Of a DNA stretch of 41,200 bases, positions 26,570 through 33,650 are shown piece by piece. Origin of the DNA: Candidatus Woesearchaeota archaeon (GTDB lineage Archaea > Nanobdellota > Nanobdellia > SCGC-AAA011-G17 > JAGVZF01); contig JACPNH010000031.1 of the NCBI GenBank assembly GCA_016185565.1, positions 1 through 41,200 on the forward strand, written 5' to 3'. Position numbers and translations under genes: made by a program. The notes under the pieces are model-generated. The model saw nothing but the letters and a program-made list of their open reading frames with translations. It did not search any database and was not told the origin of the DNA. Numbering within the stretch: position 1 is the stretch's first letter; each line of letters starts with the position of its first letter.

Positions 26570-27327
26570 TGATAAATAGAAGAGGGAGCATTTTTTATAG
26601 CCCATTTCTTGTTTTAGCCCTATTAGTAATTCTTACTTACACAGGATTTAAATTTTTGACTATAGAGACAGGGATTCAAACTCAGATGATAGGAACGTTA
26701 CAAATAGACCTTTTGAATATTTATAATTCTGCAGAGAAATATCAATTTTTTATACAACAAAGTGCTAAATATGCTCAAACAAATGCAATTGTAGAGTTTT
26801 ATAATAATGGTGGCTATTATAAAAGCGGCTGTGGCAATGTAAAAGGGTATAATTTATGGGTAAAAGGGAGCTTAAATTGCTTTCTTGATAAAAATACAAT
26901 TATCAATGAATTTGGCAAGATGTACAGTGACAAAATAAATGAATATGCCACTGACTTCAAAGCGGCAGACCTAAAAAATAATTATGGGGTAAAATTAGAT
27001 AATGGAGATTTTGTTATCAAAGGGAGTGAAATTTTGATTGCAAAAGACAGCATAAAATATTATGTTAAGCCAGAATTTAAGATAAGATCAGAAGATGAAT
27101 TAGAATTTATTAATGTGATAACAGACAAGGTGAAATCAAATATCAATTTATGTATGGATGATACAAACTGTTGGGAGAAGTTAGATAGCTCTTTTAAAGT
27201 AACAAAAAGCAACAGGGTAGTGTATTTTGATATAGAAACAAAAAATAAAGTTGGTTTTTTTGAGAAAAAGCCTTTGGTGTTGATGTTTGCACTAGATTTT
27301 AATGAATACAATCCTTTATTTATATAA
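26569..27327 (+). CDS. pilin-like protein (class III signal), 252 aa, largest of the set
   Basis: MINRRG|SIFYSPFLVLALLVILTYTGF. The track start at 26563 is TTG; the ATG at 26569 forms a TAATG overlap with the upstream stop. Confidence 0.6.
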   Translation: MINRRGSIFYSPFLVLALLVILTYTGFKFLTIETGIQTQMIGTLQIDLLNIYNSAEKYQFFIQQSAKYAQTNAIVEFYNNGGYYKSGCGNVKGYNLWVKGSLNCFLDKNTIINEFGKMYSDKINEYATDFKAADLKNNYGVKLDNGDFVIKGSEILIAKDSIKYYVKPEFKIRSEDELEFINVITDKVKSNINLCMDDTNCWEKLDSSFKVTKSNRVVYFDIETKNKVGFFEKKPLVLMFALDFNEYNPLFI

Positions 27328-27355
27328 TAAAGTATATAAATAACTTAGATTTTTA

Positions 27356-28354
27356 ATGTGTAAAATGTTTAAATTAACTTATACAGATATATTAAATGAA
27401 ATAAAAAATAAAACTGGGCTTTCTGAAGAAGATATTAATTCTAGAGTTAATAAAAAACTGGCATTGTTAAGCGATTTAATAAGCAAAGAAGGGGCAGCAC
27501 ATATTATAGCTAATGAACTAGGAGTTAAATTATTTCCAGAATATAGTGATAAGAAACTAAAGATTAAGGGATTGGTGCCAGGCTTAAATTTTATAAACAT
27601 TGATGCAAAGGTTTTGTCTGTTTTCGAAGTTAGATTATTTAAAAATGAGAAAAGAGAAGGTAAAATAGCAAGCATGATTATAGGAGATGAAACAGGCATC
27701 TCTAGGTTAGTTATATGGGACACTAAGTTAATAGAACTTATAGAATCTGGAAAAATAAAAGATAATGACACAATTTCAATTAAAAATGCATATTGCAAGG
27801 AAAACAATAATGGGCTTGAATTGCATTTGGGAAGTAAAGGGGGTATTATAGTTAATCCAGAAAATGTAGTTATAAATGAGATTAAGCATAGCAGAATAGT
27901 TAATCAGAAGCAGATTAAAGACTTAAAGGAAAATGAAATTGCAGATATTAATGGTACTATAGTACAGGTTTTTGAACCAAGATTTTACACTGCTTGTCCT
28001 GAATGTAATAAAAAAGCCGAGATGACAAATGGGGTTTTTTTATGCAATGAACATGGAAGTGTACTTGCAAGAGAGACCCCTATTGTAAACTTCTTTTTGG
28101 ATGATGGAACTGACAACATAAGGGTTGTTTGTTTTAGAGAAATTGCAAACAAGGTTTTAAATAATAACTTTGCAAAAATACGGGAAAATCCTAGCGAGTT
28201 CGATATTATAAAAAACGACATTTTGGGAAGACAAGTTAAGGTTACTGGCAGAGTGAATAAGAATGCGATGTTTGATAGATTAGAATTAACTGCCCAGAAT
28301 ATTGAAGAGTTAGACCCTAAACAATTGATAGAGGAGCTAAATAAGGAAAATTGA
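27356..28354 (+). CDS. replication protein A-like ssDNA-binding protein (OB folds + zinc ribbon)
   Basis: N-terminus ILNEIKNKTGLSEEDINSRVNKKLALLSDLISKEGAAHIIANELGV is typical of archaeal RPA. OB-fold-like segments are present (GLNFINIDAKVLSV...SMIIGDETGISRLVIWD). Zn ribbon CPECNKKAEMTNGVFLCNEHG. Alternative ATG at 27365. Confidence 0.8.
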   Translation: MCKMFKLTYTDILNEIKNKTGLSEEDINSRVNKKLALLSDLISKEGAAHIIANELGVKLFPEYSDKKLKIKGLVPGLNFINIDAKVLSVFEVRLFKNEKREGKIASMIIGDETGISRLVIWDTKLIELIESGKIKDNDTISIKNAYCKENNNGLELHLGSKGGIIVNPENVVINEIKHSRIVNQKQIKDLKENEIADINGTIVQVFEPRFYTACPECNKKAEMTNGVFLCNEHGSVLARETPIVNFFLDDGTDNIRVVCFREIANKVLNNNFAKIRENPSEFDIIKNDILGRQVKVTGRVNKNAMFDRLELTAQNIEELDPKQLIEELNKEN

Positions 28355-28812
28355 TGTTTAAAACACATCTTTTAATATCTTTGCTTCTTGGCTTATTTAC
28401 TTTCCAGTTTTTTGAGATAAACAAGTTTATTTTTATTGCACTTGTGATATTGGCCGGAAGCCTACCAGACATAGATATTCCTAGCAGCAAAATAGGCAAA
28501 AAAACAAGGCCGGTATCAAATATTATTAATTTTTTATTCGGACACAGGGGAATATTGCATTCTATATTTATTCCAGTACTTTTGTTTTTTGTATTAAGCT
28601 ACTACAATCTTTATGAATATGGATATGCTGTTTTAATTGGATATTTGGGGCATCTATTGGCTGATGCTATAAGCAGTGAGGGAGTAAACTTTTTGCATCC
28701 GTTTTTAAAATTAAGGATACAGGGCTTTATAAGGGTGGGAGGATTTTTAGAATATATTTTGTTCATGTTACTCATTGGATTAGGTATTTTAAGTATACCC
28801 AGACTGTTTTAA
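28354..28812 (+). CDS. membrane-bound metal-dependent hydrolase (DUF457 / YdjM-like)
   Basis: MFKTHLLISLLLG..., GSLPDIDIPSS, HRGILHS and GHLLADAIS are the conserved His/Asp blocks of DUF457. The ATG at 28354 overlaps the RPA stop (TGATG). Confidence 0.65.
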   Translation: MFKTHLLISLLLGLFTFQFFEINKFIFIALVILAGSLPDIDIPSSKIGKKTRPVSNIINFLFGHRGILHSIFIPVLLFFVLSYYNLYEYGYAVLIGYLGHLLADAISSEGVNFLHPFLKLRIQGFIRVGGFLEYILFMLLIGLGILSIPRLF

Positions 28813-28871
28813 TATACACTGTAATATATATTATCAATTCACTTCTCACATCTCGCGGCTCGCGCGACAGC

Positions 28872-28879
28872 TTTATAAA
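28872..28879 (+). promoter_or_regulatory. TATA box (TTTATAAA) preceded by a GC-rich palindrome-containing patch; promoter for the small-ORF/radA unit
   Basis: TTTATAAA is centred about 32 nt upstream of the ATG at 28908, which is compatible with a leaderless or near-leaderless transcript. It is immediately preceded by CTCGCGGCTCGCGCGACAG (28852-28870). Confidence 0.4.
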
Positions 28880-28907
28880 TGTTAGTGTATTATACTCAAT
28901 TGTCCTT

Positions 28908-29219
28908 ATGGACACATTTGAAATAAAAACCGAAAGGAAAAGGGAGTTGATTTCTATGGAAAAAAATAGGCCTGTAAAAAAATGGAGAGTTGGTAATATA
29001 GAGTGCAACATCTGGGAAAATGAAAAAGAAACACCAGAAGGCAACATAGTTGGCTTTAAGACTGTAAGTTTGAGGAAGAGCTGGAAACAGAATGAACAGT
29101 GGCACGATGCACAAATACAACTTAGAAGAAATGATATACAAAAGGTTATTATAGTATTGCAGAAGGCGCAAGAAGAGCTTTTATTGAATCAAGAGCAGAA
29201 AGAAACTGAAGGGGATTGA
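28908..29219 (+). CDS. hypothetical small protein (103 aa; 87 aa if it starts at the ATG at 28956), possible nucleic-acid-binding fold
   Basis: KWRVGNIECNIWENEKETPEGNIVGFKTVSLRKSWKQNEQWHDAQIQLRRNDIQKVIIVLQKAQEEL is a beta-rich segment followed by a helix, a PC4/PUR/Whirly-like pattern (weak, by eye). It lies between RPA and radA. Confidence 0.4.
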   Translation: MDTFEIKTERKRELISMEKNRPVKKWRVGNIECNIWENEKETPEGNIVGFKTVSLRKSWKQNEQWHDAQIQLRRNDIQKVIIVLQKAQEELLLNQEQKETEGD

Positions 29220-29224
29220 TAATA

Positions 29225-31690
29225 ATGGCAGAGAAAAAAGAAATAAAAGAAATTAGTGTGATGGACTTGCCAGGAGTTGGGGCTGCGACTGCTGAGAAAT
29301 TAAAGGAGGCTGGTTATGATTCTATGTTGGCTATCGCTGTTGCAAGCCCTGGAGAACTTGTGGAATTAGCCGGCTTTACTGAAGCCACTGCAAGAAAAGT
29401 GATTCAAGCATCTAGAAATGAGCTTAAGATGGGCTTTGAGAGTGGTGAAGACCTGCTGAAAAAGAGAGAGAGCATACTAAAATTAACAACAGGAAGCAGC
29501 GCATTAAATACACTTCTGGGCGGAGGCGTAGAAACTGGAGCTATAACAGAATTTTTTGGAGAATTCGGGAGTGGAAAATCAAGCATCGCACACCAACTGG
29601 CCGTCACCGTGCAAATGCCAATAGAAAAGGGCGGCATGGGTGGAACAGCAGTCTGGCTTGACTCAGAGTCAACATTTAGGCCAGAGAGAATAAAACAGAT
29701 AGCAAGCGCTTATGGGCTAGAAGCACTAGAAGTTCTTAGAAACATTAAAGTGGCGAGATGCTTTAACAGCGACCATCAAGTGCTGTTAGCAGAAAAGGTA
29801 GAGGATTTGATAACTAAAGATAAGCTGCCCATAAAACTAGTTATAGTGGACTCTTTGATGAGCCATTTCAGGGCAGATTTCAGCGGTCGCGGGCAGCTCG
29901 CAGATCGCCAACAAAAGATAAACAAACATATGCATACACTATTAAGACTCGCTACTACCTATAATGTAGCTATTTATGTTACAAATCAAGTTATGGCTAA
30001 ACCAGATACATTTTTTGGAGATCCTACTGTTGCAATTGGAGGCCATGTATTAGCCCATGCGTGTTTGGCTCCAAATACACTACTTCAATTGTCTGATGGA
30101 ACTATAAAACCAATAGCTGATTGCTATGACTATAATGAATTAGTTTGTGTTAAGCTTAGAGAAGGTATGCTGATAGCTAGCAATAAATTTGACCACTTTT
30201 TTATTAACACCAACGCAGAAAAAATTTATTCAATAGACGCCGGCTATAAAATAGAATCCTCCCCAGAGCACAGATTTTTTAAATTATCTGAAAACTGCGA
30301 GATTGAAGAATCAACTACAAAAGAATTGAAGATTGGAGATTTTGTGGCCTGTGCTAAAAGAATTTCAATAAGTGGGAAAAACCAAAAATTACCAAAAGTA
30401 AGCATAGAAAAAATTTTTAAATTAACAGATGATGGCAAAAATTTAGTATACAAAAAAATAAACGACAGCAATTTAACTAGGAAAGAATTTTGTAAACAAC
30501 TGTACGTAACTCCAAGACAGCTTAGACGAATCTTAAACCAAAACTATCCTACTAAAGAAGAAAATATTTTGGTTTTTAGTGACAAACTAGGTATGGGAAT
30601 GGAACAGATAGCAATGCAGGTACAGACTAATAAGCATAAAGAAATAGCCATTCCAGAATATTTTACACCCGCAATTTGCCAAATTCTGGGTTATTTTGCT
30701 GGTGATGGTTGTTTTGAAGACTATTCGCTTAGATTTAGGGACCAAAGATTAGATGTTTTGATGCATTACAAGGCATTATTTAAACAGGAATTTAATCTAG
30801 AAACCAACATAAGAAAGATAAAAGGGAAAAATTGTTTTAATCTTGATGCAAATAGCAAATCAATAAAAAGACTTTTTGAATTAGTAGACAAAAATTTGAT
30901 AACTTACATGTCAAAATTGCCTAATGAACATATAGCCGCTTTTATCAAAGGATTTGCCGATGCAGAGGGTTTTGTTGATAAAAAAAGACCTGCGCTATTT
31001 ATCGGGCAAAAACACGAATTATTTTTAAGATGCATGCAGATGTTGCTCTTAAGAATAGGTGTAAGGTCTACGCTGTCTAAATATAAGTCTAGTAGCAAAC
31101 AAGAATTTTATAATCTCCTATTTATAGGAAGAGATTTGGTAGATTTTGCTAATAAAATAAGTCTGACGGCTGATGATAAAAAACAAACACTTGAAAAATG
31201 GATTGAGCATAATAAACACATAAAATACAACAGAGAGTCAATACCAATTAGCAGAGAATATCTTAAAAATCTTCTTTTAGAAGCTGGAATTATGTACTCT
31301 AAAGCACTAAAACCAAGGCCAAAAGAGTACAAATATGTCAGTCTAAGAAACCTAAACAAAGTAATAGATGCTATAGAAAAACAAGGAAACTTGAGCGAAG
31401 AAACAAAGAGTAAAGTGAAATTTATAAAAACATTGATTAATGGCGATATAGAATGGAGAAAGGTAAGAGATATAAAACAATTACCTAACAAAGAGCCTTT
31501 ATACGATATAGCAGTTCCGGGTCAAGAAAATTATATCGCTAATGGTTTTATCGTCCACAATAGCACTTATAGAGTTTATCTTAGAAAAGGGAAGAAAGGA
31601 ACGAGAGTAGCTAAGATAATTGACGCGCCGCACTTACCCGAATCGGAGGCAATATTTATAGTGACCGAGCAAGGCATAAAAGATGCATAA
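29225..31690 (+). CDS. radA: DNA repair and recombination protein RadA, interrupted by an intein
   Basis: HhH N-domain (LPGVGAATAEKLKEAGY), Walker A GEFGSGKS, Walker B LVIVDSL, L2 region NQVMAKPDTFFGDP, and C-terminus STYRVYLRKGKKGTRVAKIIDAPHLPESEA. The track start at 29216 is TTG; the ATG at 29225 is preceded by GAAGGGGA. The protein is 321 aa once the intein is removed. Confidence 0.9.
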   Translation: MAEKKEIKEISVMDLPGVGAATAEKLKEAGYDSMLAIAVASPGELVELAGFTEATARKVIQASRNELKMGFESGEDLLKKRESILKLTTGSSALNTLLGGGVETGAITEFFGEFGSGKSSIAHQLAVTVQMPIEKGGMGGTAVWLDSESTFRPERIKQIASAYGLEALEVLRNIKVARCFNSDHQVLLAEKVEDLITKDKLPIKLVIVDSLMSHFRADFSGRGQLADRQQKINKHMHTLLRLATTYNVAIYVTNQVMAKPDTFFGDPTVAIGGHVLAHACLAPNTLLQLSDGTIKPIADCYDYNELVCVKLREGMLIASNKFDHFFINTNAEKIYSIDAGYKIESSPEHRFFKLSENCEIEESTTKELKIGDFVACAKRISISGKNQKLPKVSIEKIFKLTDDGKNLVYKKINDSNLTRKEFCKQLYVTPRQLRRILNQNYPTKEENILVFSDKLGMGMEQIAMQVQTNKHKEIAIPEYFTPAICQILGYFAGDGCFEDYSLRFRDQRLDVLMHYKALFKQEFNLETNIRKIKGKNCFNLDANSKSIKRLFELVDKNLITYMSKLPNEHIAAFIKGFADAEGFVDKKRPALFIGQKHELFLRCMQMLLLRIGVRSTLSKYKSSSKQEFYNLLFIGRDLVDFANKISLTADDKKQTLEKWIEHNKHIKYNRESIPISREYLKNLLLEAGIMYSKALKPRPKEYKYVSLRNLNKVIDAIEKQGNLSEETKSKVKFIKTLINGDIEWRKVRDIKQLPNKEPLYDIAVPGQENYIANGFIVHNSTYRVYLRKGKKGTRVAKIIDAPHLPESEAIFIVTEQGIKDA
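30062..31561 (+). mobile_element. intein (500 aa) with LAGLIDADG homing-endonuclease domain in RadA, between GGHVLAHA and STYRVYLRK
   Basis: Block A CLAPNTLLQLSDG (Cys1), block B SSPEHRFF, LAGLIDADG motifs ILGYFAGDGCFED and FIKGFADAEGFVD, block F LYDIAVPG, and block G FIVHN followed by +1 Ser. The 1500 nt are in frame, and excision restores the conserved GGHxLAHxxT.R.YLRKG sequence. Confidence 0.85.
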
Positions 31691-31692
31691 GC

Positions 31693-31719
31693 TTTTTAAG
31701 TAACTTTTTTCTTATTTTT
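31693..31719 (+). terminator. oligo-T tract cluster after radA (TTTTT, TTTTTT, TTTTT)
   Basis: Three T runs within 27 nt, directly after the radA stop. Archaeal RNA polymerase terminates at oligo-T. Confidence 0.35.
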
Positions 31720-31724
31720 AGGTT

Positions 31725-32840
31725 ATGAAACTGTTTTTTGTCGTTACAGGCATAGGCTTAGGACATGCAACAAGAATTGAGGCTGTACTAAATGCTGTGT
31801 TAAAAAAAGACAAGAAATGCAAGATTAAGATAGCTGGCTACAAAAGCTCATATACTTATTTTAAAAATAAAGGTTTTAAGGTGATAAAACTGATCGGAGT
31901 TAATTATTCTTCAGAGAAATTTAAGGTTAATATATTCAACATATTAAGAACTAACCTTAAGTATCCACTAAATTTCAGGAGGGATGTAAAAACCTTGATG
32001 AATAATATAAAAGAATTTGATCCTGATTATGTAATAGTTGACTGGGAGTTATCTGGATTAATTGCTGCAAGTAATCTGAACAAAAAATCATTGCTTATAT
32101 TCAATTATGACCCCTTCACATTTGAATCGTTTTTGGATAAATTCATGCTTGGAAGAACAAAGGTGCTGCAGAGTAGGTTTGTTGAGACTATATATGCTGT
32201 TGCTGAGAAAAGGTCTATGGCAATATTCATTCCAGGATTGAAATACGAGGTTAAAAACAAATTCCACTTCATAGATTTTGTTGTGAGGGAAAAATATAAT
32301 GAGGTTGAGGACGAGGAAAAACTGATGGAAAAGCTAAGGTTAAGGAAAAAACCAATACTGGTTATGTTGGGAGGTTCAAATTTCGGGTATGACCTTTTTG
32401 AGAAAATGAAGGATGTAATTTTTGAAATAAAAAATGAGGATTTCATTGTTTTTGGATATAAAAAGAATTTCAAGAAAAAAAACATAGTATCTTTTAAATT
32501 CAGGGAAAATTATCTTGAATACTTAAAGGCAAGCAAAGGGGTTATAATGCTGGCTGGGCATTCAAGCTTTGCAGAATGTGCTGTATTTAAGAAGCCGTGC
32601 TTAGTATTTCCGATAAGAGGGCATGTTGAGCAGATGCTAAATGCATTCACAATAGAAAAAACAGGCATAGCTATGGTTAAGTATTTAAGTAAAATTAAAA
32701 AAGAGGAAATAGAAAAGGATTTGAATCAGTTTATGCATAATTTAGAAAATCTTCAAGAAAGGGCAAACATTCTTAATGCCAGAAGCGATGGGGCTGAGGA
32801 AGTGGTAAGATTTTTATTCATGGAGAAATCTGAGGAATAA
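31725..32840 (+). CDS. GT-B glycosyltransferase, MurG-like / MJ1255-type
   Basis: N-terminal VVTGIGLGHATRIEAV (G-rich loop with His) and C-terminal GGSNFG...LAGHSSFAECAVFKKPCLVFPIRGHVEQMLNA are typical of the GT28 C-terminal domain. Confidence 0.7.
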   Translation: MKLFFVVTGIGLGHATRIEAVLNAVLKKDKKCKIKIAGYKSSYTYFKNKGFKVIKLIGVNYSSEKFKVNIFNILRTNLKYPLNFRRDVKTLMNNIKEFDPDYVIVDWELSGLIAASNLNKKSLLIFNYDPFTFESFLDKFMLGRTKVLQSRFVETIYAVAEKRSMAIFIPGLKYEVKNKFHFIDFVVREKYNEVEDEEKLMEKLRLRKKPILVMLGGSNFGYDLFEKMKDVIFEIKNEDFIVFGYKKNFKKKNIVSFKFRENYLEYLKASKGVIMLAGHSSFAECAVFKKPCLVFPIRGHVEQMLNAFTIEKTGIAMVKYLSKIKKEEIEKDLNQFMHNLENLQERANILNARSDGAEEVVRFLFMEKSEE

Positions 32841-32841
32841 A

Positions 32842-33003
32842 ATGGTGGAAACAAGGGATGCAAAGAACAAGATAAATGAAGCATTAAACAGAATTTTAAT
32901 AAACGAGGATTCCGATGTTTTTGCCAGGAAATTGGAACATATTGTTTCTGTATGTAAAGAAAAGATAGACGAGCTTAGGAATTCAAAAAATAATAGCCAA
33001 TAA
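32842..33003 (+). CDS. possible small helical protein (53 aa), unannotated
   Basis: ATG lies 2 nt after the glycosyltransferase stop. Sequence MVETRDAKNKINEALNRILINEDSDVFARKLEHIVSVCKEKIDELRNSKNNSQ. It ends 2 nt before the tRNA 3' end. No family recognised. Confidence 0.3.
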   Translation: MVETRDAKNKINEALNRILINEDSDVFARKLEHIVSVCKEKIDELRNSKNNSQ

Positions 33004-33004
33004 G

Positions 33005-33113
33005 CGCTCCTGCCGGGATTTGAACCCGGGTTACAACCTATCTTCTTATTATACAAACCGCAGGGTTGCGTCTTTTTTGGGTTTTTAGGCTATCCAAACT
33101 AGACTACAGGAGC
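33005..33113 (-). tRNA. tRNA-Arg (anticodon GCG) with a canonical 37/38 intron and a second ~18-nt insertion in the D-arm region
   Basis: Minus strand: GCTCCTG TA GTCT AGTTTGGAT AGCCT-AAAAACCCAAAAA-AGACG CAACC CTGCGG[TTTGTATAATAAGAAGAT]A GGTTG TAAC CCGGG TTCAAAT CCCGG CAGGAGC G. The 7-bp acceptor, 5-bp T stem with TTCAAAT loop, and 5-bp anticodon stem CAACC/GGTTG all pair perfectly. The gene is 109 nt and the mature tRNA about 73 nt. This is the only strongly GC-rich patch in the neighbourhood. Confidence 0.65.
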
Positions 33114-33135
33114 AGTTATCCGAATTTTCAAAAAC

Positions 33136-33143
33136 TTTATAAA
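33136..33143. promoter_or_regulatory. palindromic TATA box TTTATAAA shared by divergent tRNA-Arg and Zn-ribbon/ef1b units
   Basis: Its centre is about 26-27 nt from the tRNA 5' end (33113), and 23-24 nt and 29-30 nt from the ATGs at 33163 and 33169. Confidence 0.4.
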
Positions 33144-33162
33144 CATTTGTTTAAACTCCCTC

Positions 33163-33342
33163 ATGAAAATGAACTCAATATTGAAGTGTAATTCATGTAA
33201 AGTTAGTGTAACTAATCTTACTGGTTTGGTTAGATTTACATGCCCTAGCTGTAGCGAGAAAGAGATAGTAAGATGTTCCCATTGTAGGGAAATAGCAGCA
33301 AGATACAAATGCGATAACTGCGGTTTTTCTGGGCCTAATTAA
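33163..33342 (+). CDS. small Zn-ribbon protein (59 aa; four CxxC pairs), the type commonly found upstream of aEF-1beta
   Basis: Below the track cutoff. MKMNSILKCNSCKVSVTNLTGLVRFTCPSCSEKEIVRCSHCREIAARYKCDNCGFSGPN. The stop lies 1 nt before the ef1b ATG. Alternative leaderless start at 33169. Confidence 0.65.
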   Translation: MKMNSILKCNSCKVSVTNLTGLVRFTCPSCSEKEIVRCSHCREIAARYKCDNCGFSGPN

Positions 33343-33343
33343 A

Positions 33344-33619
33344 ATGGCTAATATAGTAGTTACATTAAAAATTATGCCTAAAAATCCAAAAACTGATTTG
33401 AAATCTTTAGAATTGAAAGCAAAAGAGCATATAAAGAAATTTGGTGGAGACGTGGGCAAAATTGAATTGGAACCTATTGCTTTTGGATTAAAGGCAATAA
33501 AGCTTATATTTGTGATGGATGAGGATAGGGGCAGCACAGAATCTTTAGAAGATGCTATAAAAAGAATTAATGGTGTTAATTCTGTAGAAGTTTTGGATGT
33601 AAGAAGGGCTATTGGATAG
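33344..33619 (+). CDS. ef1b: translation elongation factor aEF-1 beta
   Basis: 91 aa. VVTLKIMPKNP...IELEPIAFGLKAIKLIFVMDEDRGSTESLEDAI..INGVNSVEVLDVRR is the characteristic aEF-1beta sequence. Confidence 0.9.
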   Translation: MANIVVTLKIMPKNPKTDLKSLELKAKEHIKKFGGDVGKIELEPIAFGLKAIKLIFVMDEDRGSTESLEDAIKRINGVNSVEVLDVRRAIG

Positions 33620-33650
33620 TTTTATTAAGTAAAATTATTTCTGAAGTGAA

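Noticed and set aside
16288-27327. Reading the ATPase/platform/pilin operon as an archaellum (motility) locus
   Set aside because: No FlaF/FlaG/FlaH-like genes and no archaellin-like conserved N-termini are visible. The subunits are numerous, short and heterogeneous, more like minor pilins or pseudopilins. Genes outside the window cannot be excluded.
28852-28870. GC-rich patch as a tRNA fragment or integration (att) remnant
   Set aside because: It has no T-arm-like GTTCRANYC sequence or acceptor-like pairing, and it is too short (19 nt). I kept it only as a possible operator next to the TATA box.
28772-29171. Two 91-aa minus-strand ORFs across the radA upstream region
   Set aside because: They cross the promoter and intergenic region and lie antisense to the plus-strand small ORF. 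They have no start context or motifs.
32814-33056. 80-aa minus-strand ORF
   Set aside because: It runs through the tRNA-Arg 3' half and lies antisense to the glycosyltransferase end and the small ORF. The tRNA structure explains the GC-rich part.
33099-33537. Two minus-strand ORFs (69 and 114 aa)
   Set aside because: They lie antisense to the Zn-ribbon gene and aEF-1beta, both of which carry family-typical sequences.
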